Shown here piece by piece: positions 51,572 through 64,000 of a stretch of 64,000 nt of DNA (the first letter of the stretch is position 1; every line of letters starts with the position of its first letter). The position numbers were made by a program, and so were the translations under genes. The notes beneath the pieces were generated by a model. That model worked only from the letters and a program-made list of their open reading frames with translations, was not told where the DNA came from and ran no database searches. This DNA is from Vermamoeba vermiformis (Eukaryota): positions 1-64,000 of the forward strand of contig JBEWZL010000083.1 in the NCBI GenBank assembly GCA_045837725.1. Direction: 5' to 3'.

Positions 51572-54208
51572 ATGAAAGTCAAATGGACCTGTACTTTGTG
51601 CGATAAGACACTCCTCGCACGTAACCGAAGTCGACACCTACTGGGCAAGAAGCACCTGCGAAAAGCTGCTGAATTGAACGACAACGAAAAAGATATAACC
51701 CCAATATCGGTAACAGGTGCATATTTGCAATACTGCTATTCATTAAATGATAAAATTGTATTTTTTAATTAATTTTTCGGATTCGAATTTAACTTAATCT
51801 TCTCAGCCAAAGACGATGAGATACTACTGGAGGAGGAGAGTCCGCACACGGCAATCGATACGGTCCAGCAAACTACTAGCACTGATAATTCACCTGAATT
51901 GACTATTGCAATGCTGATCCATCTGTATTGCACGCAGAAAAATGTCTCTCTTGCAAACGAGAAAACTCTGTTCAACATTCTATCGCTACCTCAATTCCAT
52001 GCACTTGATGTTCCAACATTTGCAAGCTTTCAAAAGCAAGTTAAGGCAATGCTTCAAATTATCCAATACGATACGATAACGACGCGCTTCAAGCATCCGA
52101 AGCAAAAGAATTACAAGCCACAAGATGCGTTCAAGCTGGGCCCAATTTGCGAAGTTCCTGTCTACAATGTACTTCAACACTTGGAGCTCTTCCTTCGGGA
52201 TCCACAATTCAGTGCTAGCATCGTTACGCACTCCAATTATAACGGAACAACGTTCTCTACATTTGATACTGGAAAGTACTTTCACGACTTGTGCCTTTCT
52301 CTACCCGTTGGAACAATTCCTATCTGCCGTAAGCATGAACGAAACTATTCCAAATAGCAAAATTATCTAACCATTCGCAGTTGATTTATACTGGGATGAC
52401 ACAGGAATTTCCAGCAAAAAGAAGTGCGGGCCAATATGGATTGGCATAGCCAATTGCAAACCAGACGTAAAGCGTTCAACCCAATCTCGAATGTTGCTAT
52501 CAATTGTCCCTGGCAATGCTGATATCAACGTTGTTCTTTCAAATTTCGTAGAGCAACTGTCTAAACTCCGAGTGCAGCAATTCTACTTTGGCTGCTTTAA
52601 CTGCTTCCTTACGTGCCATATTACTCTTTCTTTGGTACTAGGAGACGCTCCTGCTAGTAACGGCGTTATCGGACTCCGTGCACCAACTTGTTCAAATCCT
52701 TGCCGCTTGTGTTTGGTACCACTTCAAGAATTGAAGCAGATACCTGTCATTGATTTGACCATTAATACCGTGGACGATGTTACTTGGAAACTACGACGAG
52801 TTGATAAGCACATAGAGCTAGTATCTGACGTGCACAACAAACATAGACACGGCACAATGGAAGCACAAGAAAAACGATTAAAGGATGTTGGCGTATGCTT
52901 TTATTTGGTAAGTTCAATGCCCGACAAGCTACGGTTATTCATTTGTTGTTCAGAGTCCGCTATGCAAGATGCCTAATTTTGACATTTTTGCTCAATCGCC
53001 GTACTGCTTGTTGCACAATGAGTTTCTTGGTAAGTATTCTAAGTAGCAAAATACGAACTAATTACCTTAGGATTGATACCATTCCATATTGATTGCACCC
53101 TAGCATCGCTGTCTCTGAGCGACATCGAAATTGTCAACGATAGAATCGTCAGTTTTCCCAACCTTCCCAATTTACCTTCTTTAAATGCCGATATAGAAGA
53201 GCGCAAGGGATGGGAAGGCAAAGCATATACTGCCTTTTACAAAATGGCATTATTTGTCTTTCGGAAACTTTTGTCGAACAAGGCAATGCTTTGCTGGTGA
53301 GTGTTACTGCAACTGTTGCAATGTGGTTAATTATGAGTTTTAGGCGTGCCCACTGCCGCTTTATTAGATACCTAATGAAGCCATCAATTTCAAACGATAA
53401 AATTGAAAACATGATGGCAAGTTATTGGCAGTGGAAGCGTTTGTTCATCGAACTGTACCAAGCCCATGCTGACGCACAACCAAAAGCAGCTAACAAAAAA
53501 GCAATGACTTTTATTAATTTACACGTTGGCGAACACTGGGCGTACTATATAAAACAATACGGAATGCCAGCAGAGTACTCGACGCAACATTGGGAGTTGC
53601 TCCATCAACAAGTAAAAAGAAAAGAGAAGAAATCCAATCATCAATTCCCAGCACATGACATTGCCAAGCAGATAATCGAACAGAAAGTGCTTCAGTATCG
53701 CTTTGGTTCTATTGACGTATGTTTAACATTCTAATAACTTTCCGCTAAACTTTTGCAGGATATATGCAAGAGTCAAAGCAAAATAACCCGATTAGTGGTC
53801 AACGAATGTGTCCTACTGAACGTCAGCAGAAAACAAATACCGGACCATCTCAAATCACTTATTACAGACAATTTGGTGAACAAACAACTTCCCCTACACT
53901 ACAAGCAGTACAAGTCAGTAGTCTTTGGCGGTAGCAGATTTTCGCATGGGGACAACTTTAGCTTTAAGATTGACGGCGAAAAAAAGTTTGCCCAAATTCT
54001 TACCATAATCAACGTTGACTCATACACGGCATTTGTCGCTCAAGAATACAACTTCATGACACCAACTATCGATGTCAATCAAACAGAATATTACTGCATT
54101 TACCAAACTGACTCCTACATCGTAATGGATGTTACCGGAGCTCGCAAAGAGCAACTCCTCTACTGCGATGACTTGGATTGTTTCCTTGTCAATTTTTATT
54201 ATCAATAA
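51572..54208 (+). CDS. CACTA/Plavaka-like DDE transposase with N-terminal C2H2 (U1/matrin-type) finger
   Basis: CTLC...HLLGKKH; LYWDD (D1); VLGDAPA (D2); NPCRLC; FD...PYCLLH..LG; STQHWE..H (E); beta-rich C-terminus. Confidence 0.85.
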
Positions 54209-54309
54209 ATTTTACTATTATTAAAAATTAATTGCGCTATTGGTACTCAAACGATCAGATACCACTGTACATGAGGTTGTGTTTTGCTCTACATACGGTG
54301 CTATCTAGC

Positions 54310-54413
54310 TGTGATATGTATCACGCCGAGGAATTAATCACTAGTGATCACTCCTTGTGATCCATGCGTGATTTGAATCTCGGAGATATTCCCGAGTTCA
54401 ACTTTTGGTAGTG
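54310..54413 (-). repeat. Right subterminal repeats and TIR
   Basis: Dense GTGAT/ATCAC array (GTGATA, ATCACG, ATCACTAGTGATCAC, TGTGATC, GTGATTTG), a CTCGG..CCGAG hairpin, ending in ACTTTTGGTAGTG. Confidence 0.8.
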
Positions 54414-56339
54414 ATATCCCTTAGAGGCGGGATGTGCATAACCGAAAAAAAATTGATATCTTTTGTATTTTGCATTCTATTGTTAATCAGAAACATATCT
54501 CTACAGGAAATCGACCCCTGTGCATCGAACAGAAGCATTGCCTTCACAAAATTCACTCTGGTAAGTCCAGATCCAGCCGATCCCCCAGATCGGCTCCGGC
54601 CAAACAACCCCAAACTAACCAAACCCCCATTTATTTCTTTAGTTATTAATAAAAAAGTGGTGCTCTTGCGGGGAGATGCAGATCGGGATCCCGGGCCCAT
54701 CGCACAAGATCTGCACCTATACTTTTCCACCCAAAAAGTACGTTGTACCACAACTTACAAGAGCGGTTAAGGATGGATTTGCACACCAATAAGTTGTCAA
54801 TGAAAGATATCAATGACCCCGGGTCGACGCGGTAGGTGACTGTTTTTCGCGTTCATCAAAGGACTTCGGCGAGTATTTGGATCCCGTTCATAGAAACCAG
54901 AACTGTTCTGCGCCTTGTCAGCTAAGGAGTTGGAGCATAGGCAGCCAGTTAATACTTCAGGGAGCTGATAGTACACCATACGGCCAACCACGAGCTAATG
55001 GAATCAACCATCGCCCAGGATCCACTAAATTAACTTTATTTTTACATAATAGTCGTGCCAATAAATATTTGGAGGCATATGTATTGGCCCGACAATTTTG
55101 TTGCACCGTCAATGCGCGTGTAGTGTTGATCCGTGTTGAATTCGCAGCACGTTACTAGCCGTTTTGCCTACACCATTTAAAAAATTATTTTAATTAATTA
55201 ATTATAGTATATAAGCACAAAATAACATAGCAAATACTTAATGACCCTATTTGCTGCAGATTCGATTTTTTTTTAATTTCTATTAAAAATTATTAACAGA
55301 TCGGGCTTAATGGTTGCCGCCTTACCTAATATGTGTCACCATAATTTAAATAGACGCTGATATGGTGCGCTTCATTGAATCGGAGCCAATCTGGCTTTAT
55401 TCTCACTTTAGCCAACCACGATCTGACTTACACCTTAACTGGATAGAAACAAAGCCTTTCAATAGTCATCAAATGGCTTGAATTTCGCAGCGTCGGTGCT
55501 CAGTTGTGGTTGGTTGTTGCAAGACTTCGAGATCAACAAAAAAGCAAAAAAAACGGCTAAATCGTTTTGCCGCCGAATTTCGTGAAGGGCAAAGTTGTTC
55601 GAAGATGCAAAGTTCATCTAATTTTCACATAGAGCTGTTAATAAATGGTGATCGAAGCGGATCTACTAGCCATTTTCATTTTTTGACCAAATCCGCTTAC
55701 CACCACAATTTTCAGCCAAAAAAAACGCTGATATACGTACTCCATGTTAAATTGTTCGTAGGAAATTGCAACGCTTTATTATTACAACAAAAAGTAAGCG
55801 ATAATTTTTTGGTTTTGTTCTGTTCAGCTTTTAAGGGATATTCAATTTATTTCTGTTCTTACCTCGTGCAACACAATTAAGCTTTTATTTGATACAATTG
55901 GCTAAGTTGGTACCACTAATATGGGCTCTATTATCGATATGCTTCTGTACTGCGGGCGAGCAGATTTGTAATTTCAAAAGTTCAGATCAAACCGGTATGT
56001 TTTACAATTAATTGAGGCCATTTACATATTTCTAATAATGTTATTTACCAAGAGAAAGTATTAATTAAGCGTATTCCATTTAAAGTTAATTTTTTTTTGA
56101 TGTGGATCTTAAAATCGCTAACAAACGTATTTGGCATAACAATTCGCTCAATTTATCACAAATATATTATTTAAACAATTATTAGAATTTGTTGAAGCGG
56201 TTGCTTTCAAAGTAGACTTTTCAGTGAATTCACAAGCGACAGATTGTCACAAAGATTTTGCGGCTGGCTTAAAATCAGGTTTAAAGCTTTCATTTTAGTA
56301 TTATAACATAAACAACAATACCACAAAGCTTGTTAAGTG

Positions 56340-58594
56340 ATGAAAATCATTATAATTTTCATTGTCGCGTTGATAGCGTTTGCAAAGTGCCAAGATGTAG
56401 CCGGCTATCCCGACACACTGCTCGCCGACATTAATCCAGGACCTGATTCGTCATTTCCTGGCACTTGGTATATTATCGAAAGTGCAGGCAAGGCGTATAC
56501 CAGCGTCAACATTACAGGTATGAACAAATCCGGATTATGTTTTTTTAAAGTTCGAATGTGATTAGCTTTAAGCGAATAATTAGTCTATTTATAATACTAA
56601 TATATACTTATAGTCGTTTTGCAATATCTAACTTAATTCGGTGCGCAGGCAAACTTTTCAAGCAGATCGTCGTTACGGATGGAACTACCGAAGGCACCAA
56701 ATTGCTCAACGAAATTAATATATCGCAAAGAGGTGATGCCTACGCTAAGGATCCTTTCTATAACCCTGAAAAAGATTACCAGATCGGTTTCTACGTCTTC
56801 GGCGGAACCTTATGGGTGTCCTTGTACAACTATAATACCTCGACTTGGGATGTTTATACCGTTGGTACGTAGCAGAATCATATTTTCGGATCCGATACTT
56901 AAATAAGCAATGATTTCGAAAATTGGGGTTTTGGGATGTGACATTAATTATTTTTAAACGGGATTTTAAGACGTAGCTTTGTATAGATCCTGCCGAGGAT
57001 ATCTTGCGAAAGTATGAAGGCGGCATAGTCAAGACTATCAACCCAATTTATGGAGATCACTATCTCAACATCCAGAAGGCCGGAATCTTTAAAGGCGAAT
57101 ATTTCGCTTTTAGTCCTGATGTCGTCAACCACGGCCTCTATTTCTTCGATAAGAAATTCAGTAAGTTGTCTAAATAAGCCAGCCAAAGAATTCTTTTTAG
57201 TCACATCCGATTTTTAATCTTTACTTTTCAGCCTCGGCGTACGCTATCAACAATGCGTCTCAATTTATGATCACGCCCGATCTTTACGATCCTTTCACTG
57301 GCTTCGATGACAGTAGCTCTGCTTACTATGTCACCGATGATTTGCTTATTATTTCCGGATGGGTTCAAAACAACGGTACGCGAATATTTAAAACTAGCAA
57401 AATAACGATTAATTTATAATCCTACATATATTTTAGCTGTTTTTTAACGTATGTATGGCTATTTAGGAGGATTGTGGGCTTTTGACGGAACAACAGTTTG
57501 GCCGATCAACTTGGGCACGTTTAAATTCCACGACGAGCTCAAATACCACGACAAAGTGCACAACAAGTTCTACTACATTGCATTCTTCAACGATTTGCCA
57601 CAACTCGTGGTCAACGATCTCAACAACTTGACGACGAATTATACCATCTTGACCAATCTCAATCAAGACTGTTTCCCGTTGTACGATTGCTTCTCGTACT
57701 TGGGCGCAATGGACGAACAAAAAGGCACTGTTGCGTTCTCATATAACACGCAACTTGGTTTCACTGATGGAACTCTTGCCGGTACAACTTTTTTGACGGG
57801 AAGTCCGCGTGCGTTGAGCGTGCTTGGCGCGTACAATGGCAAGCTATATTTCGAACAGTACGTGGATGTAGCGACTTCCAGTGGTCCGTTGATGGTTTCT
57901 GATGGCACTAAAGAAGGCTCTAAAATTGCTTTGGATCGCTACGTGGGCAGCCAATTCTTTTATTTTAATGGTACGTCGTTGAAAAATATATATTGCGCTT
58001 AAATTTAATGCCAATAATATTGAACTGTTATATAATAAGATTTGGCGGTATCTAATATTTCGTTACGTAGATGTGGTTTTGTTCTACGCAGGAGGATTTT
58101 GGAGACTTGATAGAAACGAGTCATTTACTCTTATTCGCGAAGATGTACCTGCATTTTACGGCGAATTTGCACGAGTAACATTGCCGAACAATCACAAGCA
58201 GTTGTACGTCTATTACAAGTCCAGCAGTAGTTGTGGTCGCGGATGCAGTAAGTTTCTTTATCGAATAGCGAAGAGAAGCTTAGTTAATAGTAATATTATC
58301 TTAGGCAAACATTATTTTTACATTTGGGTGACGAATGGCGAAGGAATTGTTCAATTTTCTGGCAACTTCGTGACTGGCGAGCAAAACGTGTTTTTGAACA
58401 ATAGATTCCTGATGGGCAATTACGCGCAAAATACAGGCTTTGAATTGTTCTATATGAATCCTGCACCCGAGTCTTATGAAACTCCTCCACCCGAGCCCAT
58501 CTCCGAACCTACGACTAGCGTCACATCCAGCGCGACACCTATCAAAGTTTTCAGCTATTTATTAATGTTAATATCTTCTTTCTTTTTGTTTTAA
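56340..58594 (+). CDS. Secreted/GPI-anchored ELWxxDGT-repeat beta-propeller-like protein
   Basis: Signal peptide; LLADINPGPDSSFP, VTDGTTEGTKLL, FTDGTLAGT, VSDGTKEGS, TGFELF; Ser/Thr/Pro stalk and hydrophobic tail. Confidence 0.7.
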
Positions 58595-58827
58595 GACAAA
58601 TAATACTAAATATCGGCGAATAAAAGCAATTTATAAGAAGTTTTTTCGACCGTGAGCTAAGATCTCTCAAGATGCAGGGAAGATTGAGGAACTACGCGGG
58701 AAGTTGTGCCGCGCCGTACATAGAATTATACAACAATGTTTCCTTGTGAATCAAAGTAGATATTTTTGAACTGAAGATATTTTTCATTTGTTCTTTTGCC
58801 CGATCGAGGAATGCAACGGCTCCAATA

Positions 58828-61709
58828 ATGCAGATCGATAAAAGCACCGCGAAACATTCTAGCACCGAGTATAGCGTGTTGCTAGGTGAGCATTGTCACC
58901 ATGAAAACAGATCACAAGCGAATCTGGAGACCGGATTTGCAAAACAACAGAAGATCCCAAAGAGCCGCGTCGATCTGCTATTTGCAAGGCGTCTAAAAAA
59001 GATTACATTGGCTATATCTAGAGACCGCAATGTATTATTAACCTTGGTGGGTCTGCTAATTATGACGTTTGGCCAAACTTGGGTGATCTCATACACGGGC
59101 AGCGTGATCGGTGGTTTCTATCAAACAATTGTGACTAGTAATATTGATGGCTTTTATAATGTGTTATGGAAATCAGTCCTAGTCGTCCTAGGGTCTGCGA
59201 TCTTCGACAGCAGCATAAAATATGTCACTGAGTAAGTAGATTAATTTACAAAAAATCATAAAAATACCCGCAGATAATATTATAATATTAATTTAATTAT
59301 TGTACATTAATATAAACGATTCCGCATATTTCCTTAATGTGAACTGAAAATCACGATTGATCTAATTTTTGTTTCAGTTTATTGGCTTGGCTTTGGCGGA
59401 GTAGATTGTGCTTGTATCTACAAGAACACTATTTCAAAAATAAGATTTATATGCAAATCCAAAATCAAATAGATAACCCGTAAGTCCCGATCAGATCCGA
59501 AAATAACGGTCCAGAAGATCTGAATTTAATTAATTCGATCACAAATAGGGATCAACGCATTACTCAAGATGTAGATAACTTCAGCACTGCATATGCAACA
59601 ATATGCGCGACTTGCATGTCAGCGCCGCTAATAATAGGATTGTACACTTATTTATCCTGGGTAAGCCAGATGTGCCAACAAATTTCGATATAATTACGTA
59701 CAATAGTATTAATACGATGGATATGATAGGTCAAGATCGATTGGTACGCACCAGCACTTGTTTTCGCGTACTTTACAGTTGGATTTACGCTCAACAAGCT
59801 CGTTATGTCACCAGTAGTTAATATGGTTTATAAACAAGAAAAACTAGAAGGTATGCATCATATATATATATTAGTATTACTATAATTGCCTATACCGCAT
59901 TTTAAATGAATTAGTTTTTGAGATCCGGATCTGTTTTGTCGTTACACGACGAATTATTAATTACTATCGTTAAAATAATATTATATTATGGATAATATAC
60001 TCACATTAATACTATATAGGCGATTTTCGATACGTTCACATGCGAGTACGGTCACACGCTGAGTCGATCGCAATTTACGGAGGAAATCCAACTGAGAGTG
60101 CTTATGCAGCCAAGACATTCAATCAATTGTTGGATAACAAGTATCAATTGATCAGATGGTACTGGTATTTGAATTGTAAGTGTCTATTCGAAGTAATCTA
60201 GATCCGCATCCAGCTTTACGTTTGATGCTAACAAATTTATTATAGCGACTAGCAATATATTGAGCTACATAGGCAGTATATTAAACTATACTGTGGTCGC
60301 ATTGCCAGTCCTCATTTCTCAAAGACAATTAACGCCTGAATCCGTTGCCGAAGCCTCTTTCCAATTAATTATGCTTATTTCTGGCTTCAGCAAGTTCACC
60401 AATCTATCAAAAGAATTCTCCGAGCTCGCTGGCTACACTTCTCGATTGGCTGTGTTCAGTGAAATGATAGAAGTTTTGGCGCGTCAGAATAACTCTGATA
60501 GTGGTAAGTATTTTAATACTGTATTACTATATATATATATATAATAATAATAATAATGTGGCGTCTTTTATGTTATGCTACATCTATGTTTAATTTTTTT
60601 TAATCGACCGGATCTGATTATTAATAGCTTTTACCTGCGTTCTATAATGAACATTTTGGGCTAATACTATGTTATATTTATAGCCGAGTACACTGGCAAG
60701 GTTGTTATAGACGAGGCACCAATCATTCGTTTCGACAATGTCACCTGTTACACGCCCAAATCCAGAACTCTCATCAAGAATTTGAGCTTCACTGTAGATA
60801 TTGATACGAATCTGTTAATTATGGGTCCTAGTGGTACGTATTAATATGGTATTATTGGCTTATTAAGCATTAGTAACCGAGTTTTTGTACAGGATCTGGT
60901 AAAAGTTCGATCTTGCGAGTATTGAACGAGATCTGGCCCTATTTCAACGGTATAATATCATACAATGGTACTTAATGGATACAGATAATTAATTATATAC
61001 GTTAATAGGCACTATTACTAAGCCTGGGCCCGAATGCAAAATTTTGTATTTGAGTCAAGAGCCCTACTTGACCTTCGGCAGTCTGAAAGATCAATTAATT
61101 TACCCGAAAATCAACAACAATACGAGCGCTAATAATAGCAACAATAGTCTTAGCGATTTTGAATTGATCGAGCTGTTGCGCAGTGTGGATCTGGGCTACG
61201 TGATCAAACCTTATTATAATTCAGAGAACTTGAATGCTCTTTCAACGTAAGTCCTATTAATGTTACATTCATATATATGCATATTTAATGTTCCAAATTT
61301 CATTGTAACCATGAGATTTTCAGTTGGATCTGGACAAAAAGATCCGCGTCGAACGCTGACTTTTAACTAATAGCAATTAAATATTAATTTATATTATATT
61401 ATCGTTAGTGGTCCATCGAACAATCCGTATTTCAACGACAAAGAAGTGAAGTGGATGGACATTTTATCCCCTGGCGAACAACAACGCCTTTGCATTGCGC
61501 GTCTGTTGTATCATCGCCCACAAATAGCCATATTAGACGAGGCTACTAGCTTCATCGACACGTCAACGGAAAAGAAATTGTACGAGCAGATCTTGCACGC
61601 TGGCATTCGTTTGATTTCTGTAGGCCACCGTGAATCTTTGCTGGAATTTCACAACACGTTGTTGACGGTCGAGCGCGATGGCCAATGGGAGATTAAGAAG
61701 CTAAAATAG
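58828..61709 (+). CDS. ABC transporter subfamily D half-transporter (ABCD4-like)
   Basis: IDNPDQRITQDV, EGDFRYVHMRVRSHAESIAIYGG, ELAGYTSR, GPSGSGKSS, LSPGEQQRL...ILDEATS, SVGHR. Confidence 0.88.
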
Positions 61710-62174
61710 GCTATTAGCGAGACTAGGAATGGAGCAATAGCTTGAATTGCCACTTGTACATAATACTCAGAAGTTTAAAACAAATCGATGGCGAAAACCA
61801 TTCGAGCGCGTTATTGTAAATAAATACTTGAATCATTCTTATACAAATTTGGCTTAATTAATTGCTGCGAATATTGCACCACGTACGAGGATCAAGTACG
61901 TAGCGAGCGACTTAATAGGCATTTGAAGGCATTTGAGCGCTTCAAAAGTTGATTTGGTCAGTCTTTGGGTGTCAACAACGGACTATTGTACCAATCGGAC
62001 GTGAGTTTCGATTTGATTGCAGTTCCAAAAATGGAAATACGAATTTTGAAAAGGTTAAAAAAGAAGGAATTTCACATAGTTCTTCAGATTACAATCTGCA
62101 ATGTCATAAAATTTACATACAGACATGTTGCGTTTCGGTCAGAGTATTCTATATGATAATTTTCAAATGAAACG

Positions 62175-64000
62175 ATGGCTGCTGCTGGATGGATCGACGA
62201 ATCTGTTCTCTTGAAGGTGATTCCGCTGTCCAAGCTTGCAGCATACGAATGGGACATTACTACGAACGTTTCTAAATTCAACGAAGCATTTTTTGAGTTA
62301 TTCGGAGCAGACAAAAATAATCCAAATGCAGTGGAAGATTTTATGTTATTGAAATACATAGTAGACAAAGAAGAGGTTATTAAAGAAACTGGAAAACTAG
62401 TTAATTATGCCAAGAGCTTGGACTTATCAAAAGAAGGTTCGTAGATTAATTAAAAATACCAAACACAAATTATCGGAGCTATTTTATTTTAAATTTCTGA
62501 ATCACCTGTGATGCCGTTCAATGCTATTATAATCATGGTAGAGCCGATCAACTATTTTTGTATATTTTTTAAAATTGTGTTTTGGCGGAAACGGCAGACT
62601 CCGGATTTACTTACTTACTTTCGTTGCCCTAGCGAAAGAATGATTAGGCCTTGTAATAATTATTCATAATAGGCATAGTCATCGAAAGTGAAGGACGATT
62701 CGATTTTACATACCGCTTGAAAGTAGCAGATGGATCGATTAAGTGGGCTAATACGAGAGGTGGCGTAGTCATAGAGGAAGTAGTCGATCAAAATACGAAT
62801 ATCATATCGAAGCACATCAAGATAGTCGGAATAGTTCAAGATTTGACGAATGTATGGGACAGATTCAAAGCTGAGGCCCACGTGCCTAACGAAAACGCGC
62901 CAAAAGAAGTAGAAAATTTTATGCTTGTAACAGAAGCAATTCCGCACTTAGTATGGGCCAATCAGGTACTAATCAAGCTAAAATACTCGAACCGAAATTT
63001 TTAAACGTTTTTTTCAGCCGTCAGGCGAGATCAGCTACTTCAACTCACGATGGGCCGATTATACTGGCGTCACTATCAACACTTTGAGCACCACTAACTG
63101 GTCTTGGCGAAGTATTTTGCATCCAGACGACGCTGAAGACATGATCCAATCTTGGAACCAGGCTTTAAATAGCGTAATGCCGTTCATGAAAAATTTCGAT
63201 GTTTTAATAATTTTAATATTTATTGTGCTCAGGGCCAAGATTATGAATGCAGATTTCGATTACGCAGACAAGACGGAGAATATCGGTGGCATCTCGGACG
63301 AGGTGTTCCTATTAAAGGATCCGATGGCACGATCAAACGATGGTTCAGCACGTGCACCGATATCCACGATCAAAAGATGTTAGAAGAGAAAGCTACCTCG
63401 TCAGAAATGAGATTAAAGTGGTTGATCCAGAGCTTCCCGGTCAATATTTGGACGATCGACAATAAAGGCACTGTCACGTTCATGAACCAGCAAGAAAACA
63501 CCGATAATATTGGTTGGGGTAAGTATAAGCATCATATTATAATACTTCAATAAGCCTAATAATCTTTGCGTTATAGTGCCGGAACTTATTGGCACATCCA
63601 TTTTCGATTATTTTGATCAGCGCGGCCTGGCACAGGTTAAGCCGTTAATTCATCGAGCATTAAGTGGCGAGAAATTTTCAGCAGAAATTTGCGTGGAAAA
63701 TACTTGGTTTGACGTGCACTACTGGCCATCTGAAGAATGAAAAAGGCGAAATGACAGGTGTCGCTGGCGTGTCAGCAGATGTCACTATCAAAAAACAAGC
63801 GGAAAAACTCATCATTAGCGAGCAGAGTGCGTTGAAAGTGGCGCAAATGAAATCGGAGTTTTTGACGACTATGAGCCACGAGATCCGGACACCATTGAAC
63901 GGGATCATTGGAATGAGCGAATTTTTAGCGGAAACGAAGCTAACCGACGAACAAACGAAGTATTTGGATATTATTCAGAATTCAAGCTCTCACTTATTGA
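62175..64000 (+). CDS. PAS-domain sensor histidine kinase (runs off the window)
   Basis: PAS/PAC repeats ([31 protein letters not shown]) and His[24 protein letters not shown]. Confidence 0.88.

Larger units (their letters stand above)
43712..54413. mobile_element. CACTA/EnSpm (CMC)-superfamily DNA transposon, 10,702 bp, four genes
   Basis: Left end CACTACCGAATGT; right end (reverse complement) CACTACCAAAAGT, 11/13 identical. AT on both flanks; ATCAC/GTGAT subterminal repeats; internal DDE transposase. Confidence 0.88.

Noticed and set aside
54414-55160. GC-richer, GATC/palindrome-rich stretch with short ORFs right of the element (possible MITE)
   Set aside because: No convincing TIR/TSD pair or protein similarity.

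Overview
AT-rich, gene-dense eukaryotic DNA with many short GT-AG introns. The gene content (PAS histidine kinase, FERM-LRR, SYP7-like SNARE, SPO11-2-like gene, a U12-type intron) suggests a free-living protist, plausibly amoebozoan; this is inference. The host part carries three P450s, a paraoxonase, a divergent EF-1alpha paralog, an F-box/LRR gene, NBR1, two tandem gene pairs, tRNA-Asn, RPL32, SF3A1, SPO11, a SNARE, a FERM-LRR gene with a CenH3-like histone nested in one intron, an HAD nucleotidase, an ankyrin gene, an ELWxxDGT-repeat gene, an ABCD transporter and a histidine kinase. The main discovery is an apparently intact 10,702-bp CACTA/EnSpm-type DNA transposon (43712-54413; CACTACC...GGTAGTG termini, 2-bp AT target duplication). 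Besides its DDE transposase it carries a Ulp1 protease-AlkB dioxygenase-SRA-like fusion and a ParB-like + catalytically degenerate KDM6-like JmjC + Zn-finger protein, transcribed divergently from a palindromic spacer. I read this as a candidate transposon-borne chromatin/anti-silencing toolkit. All gene models were spliced and all domains assigned by eye; no searches were run.
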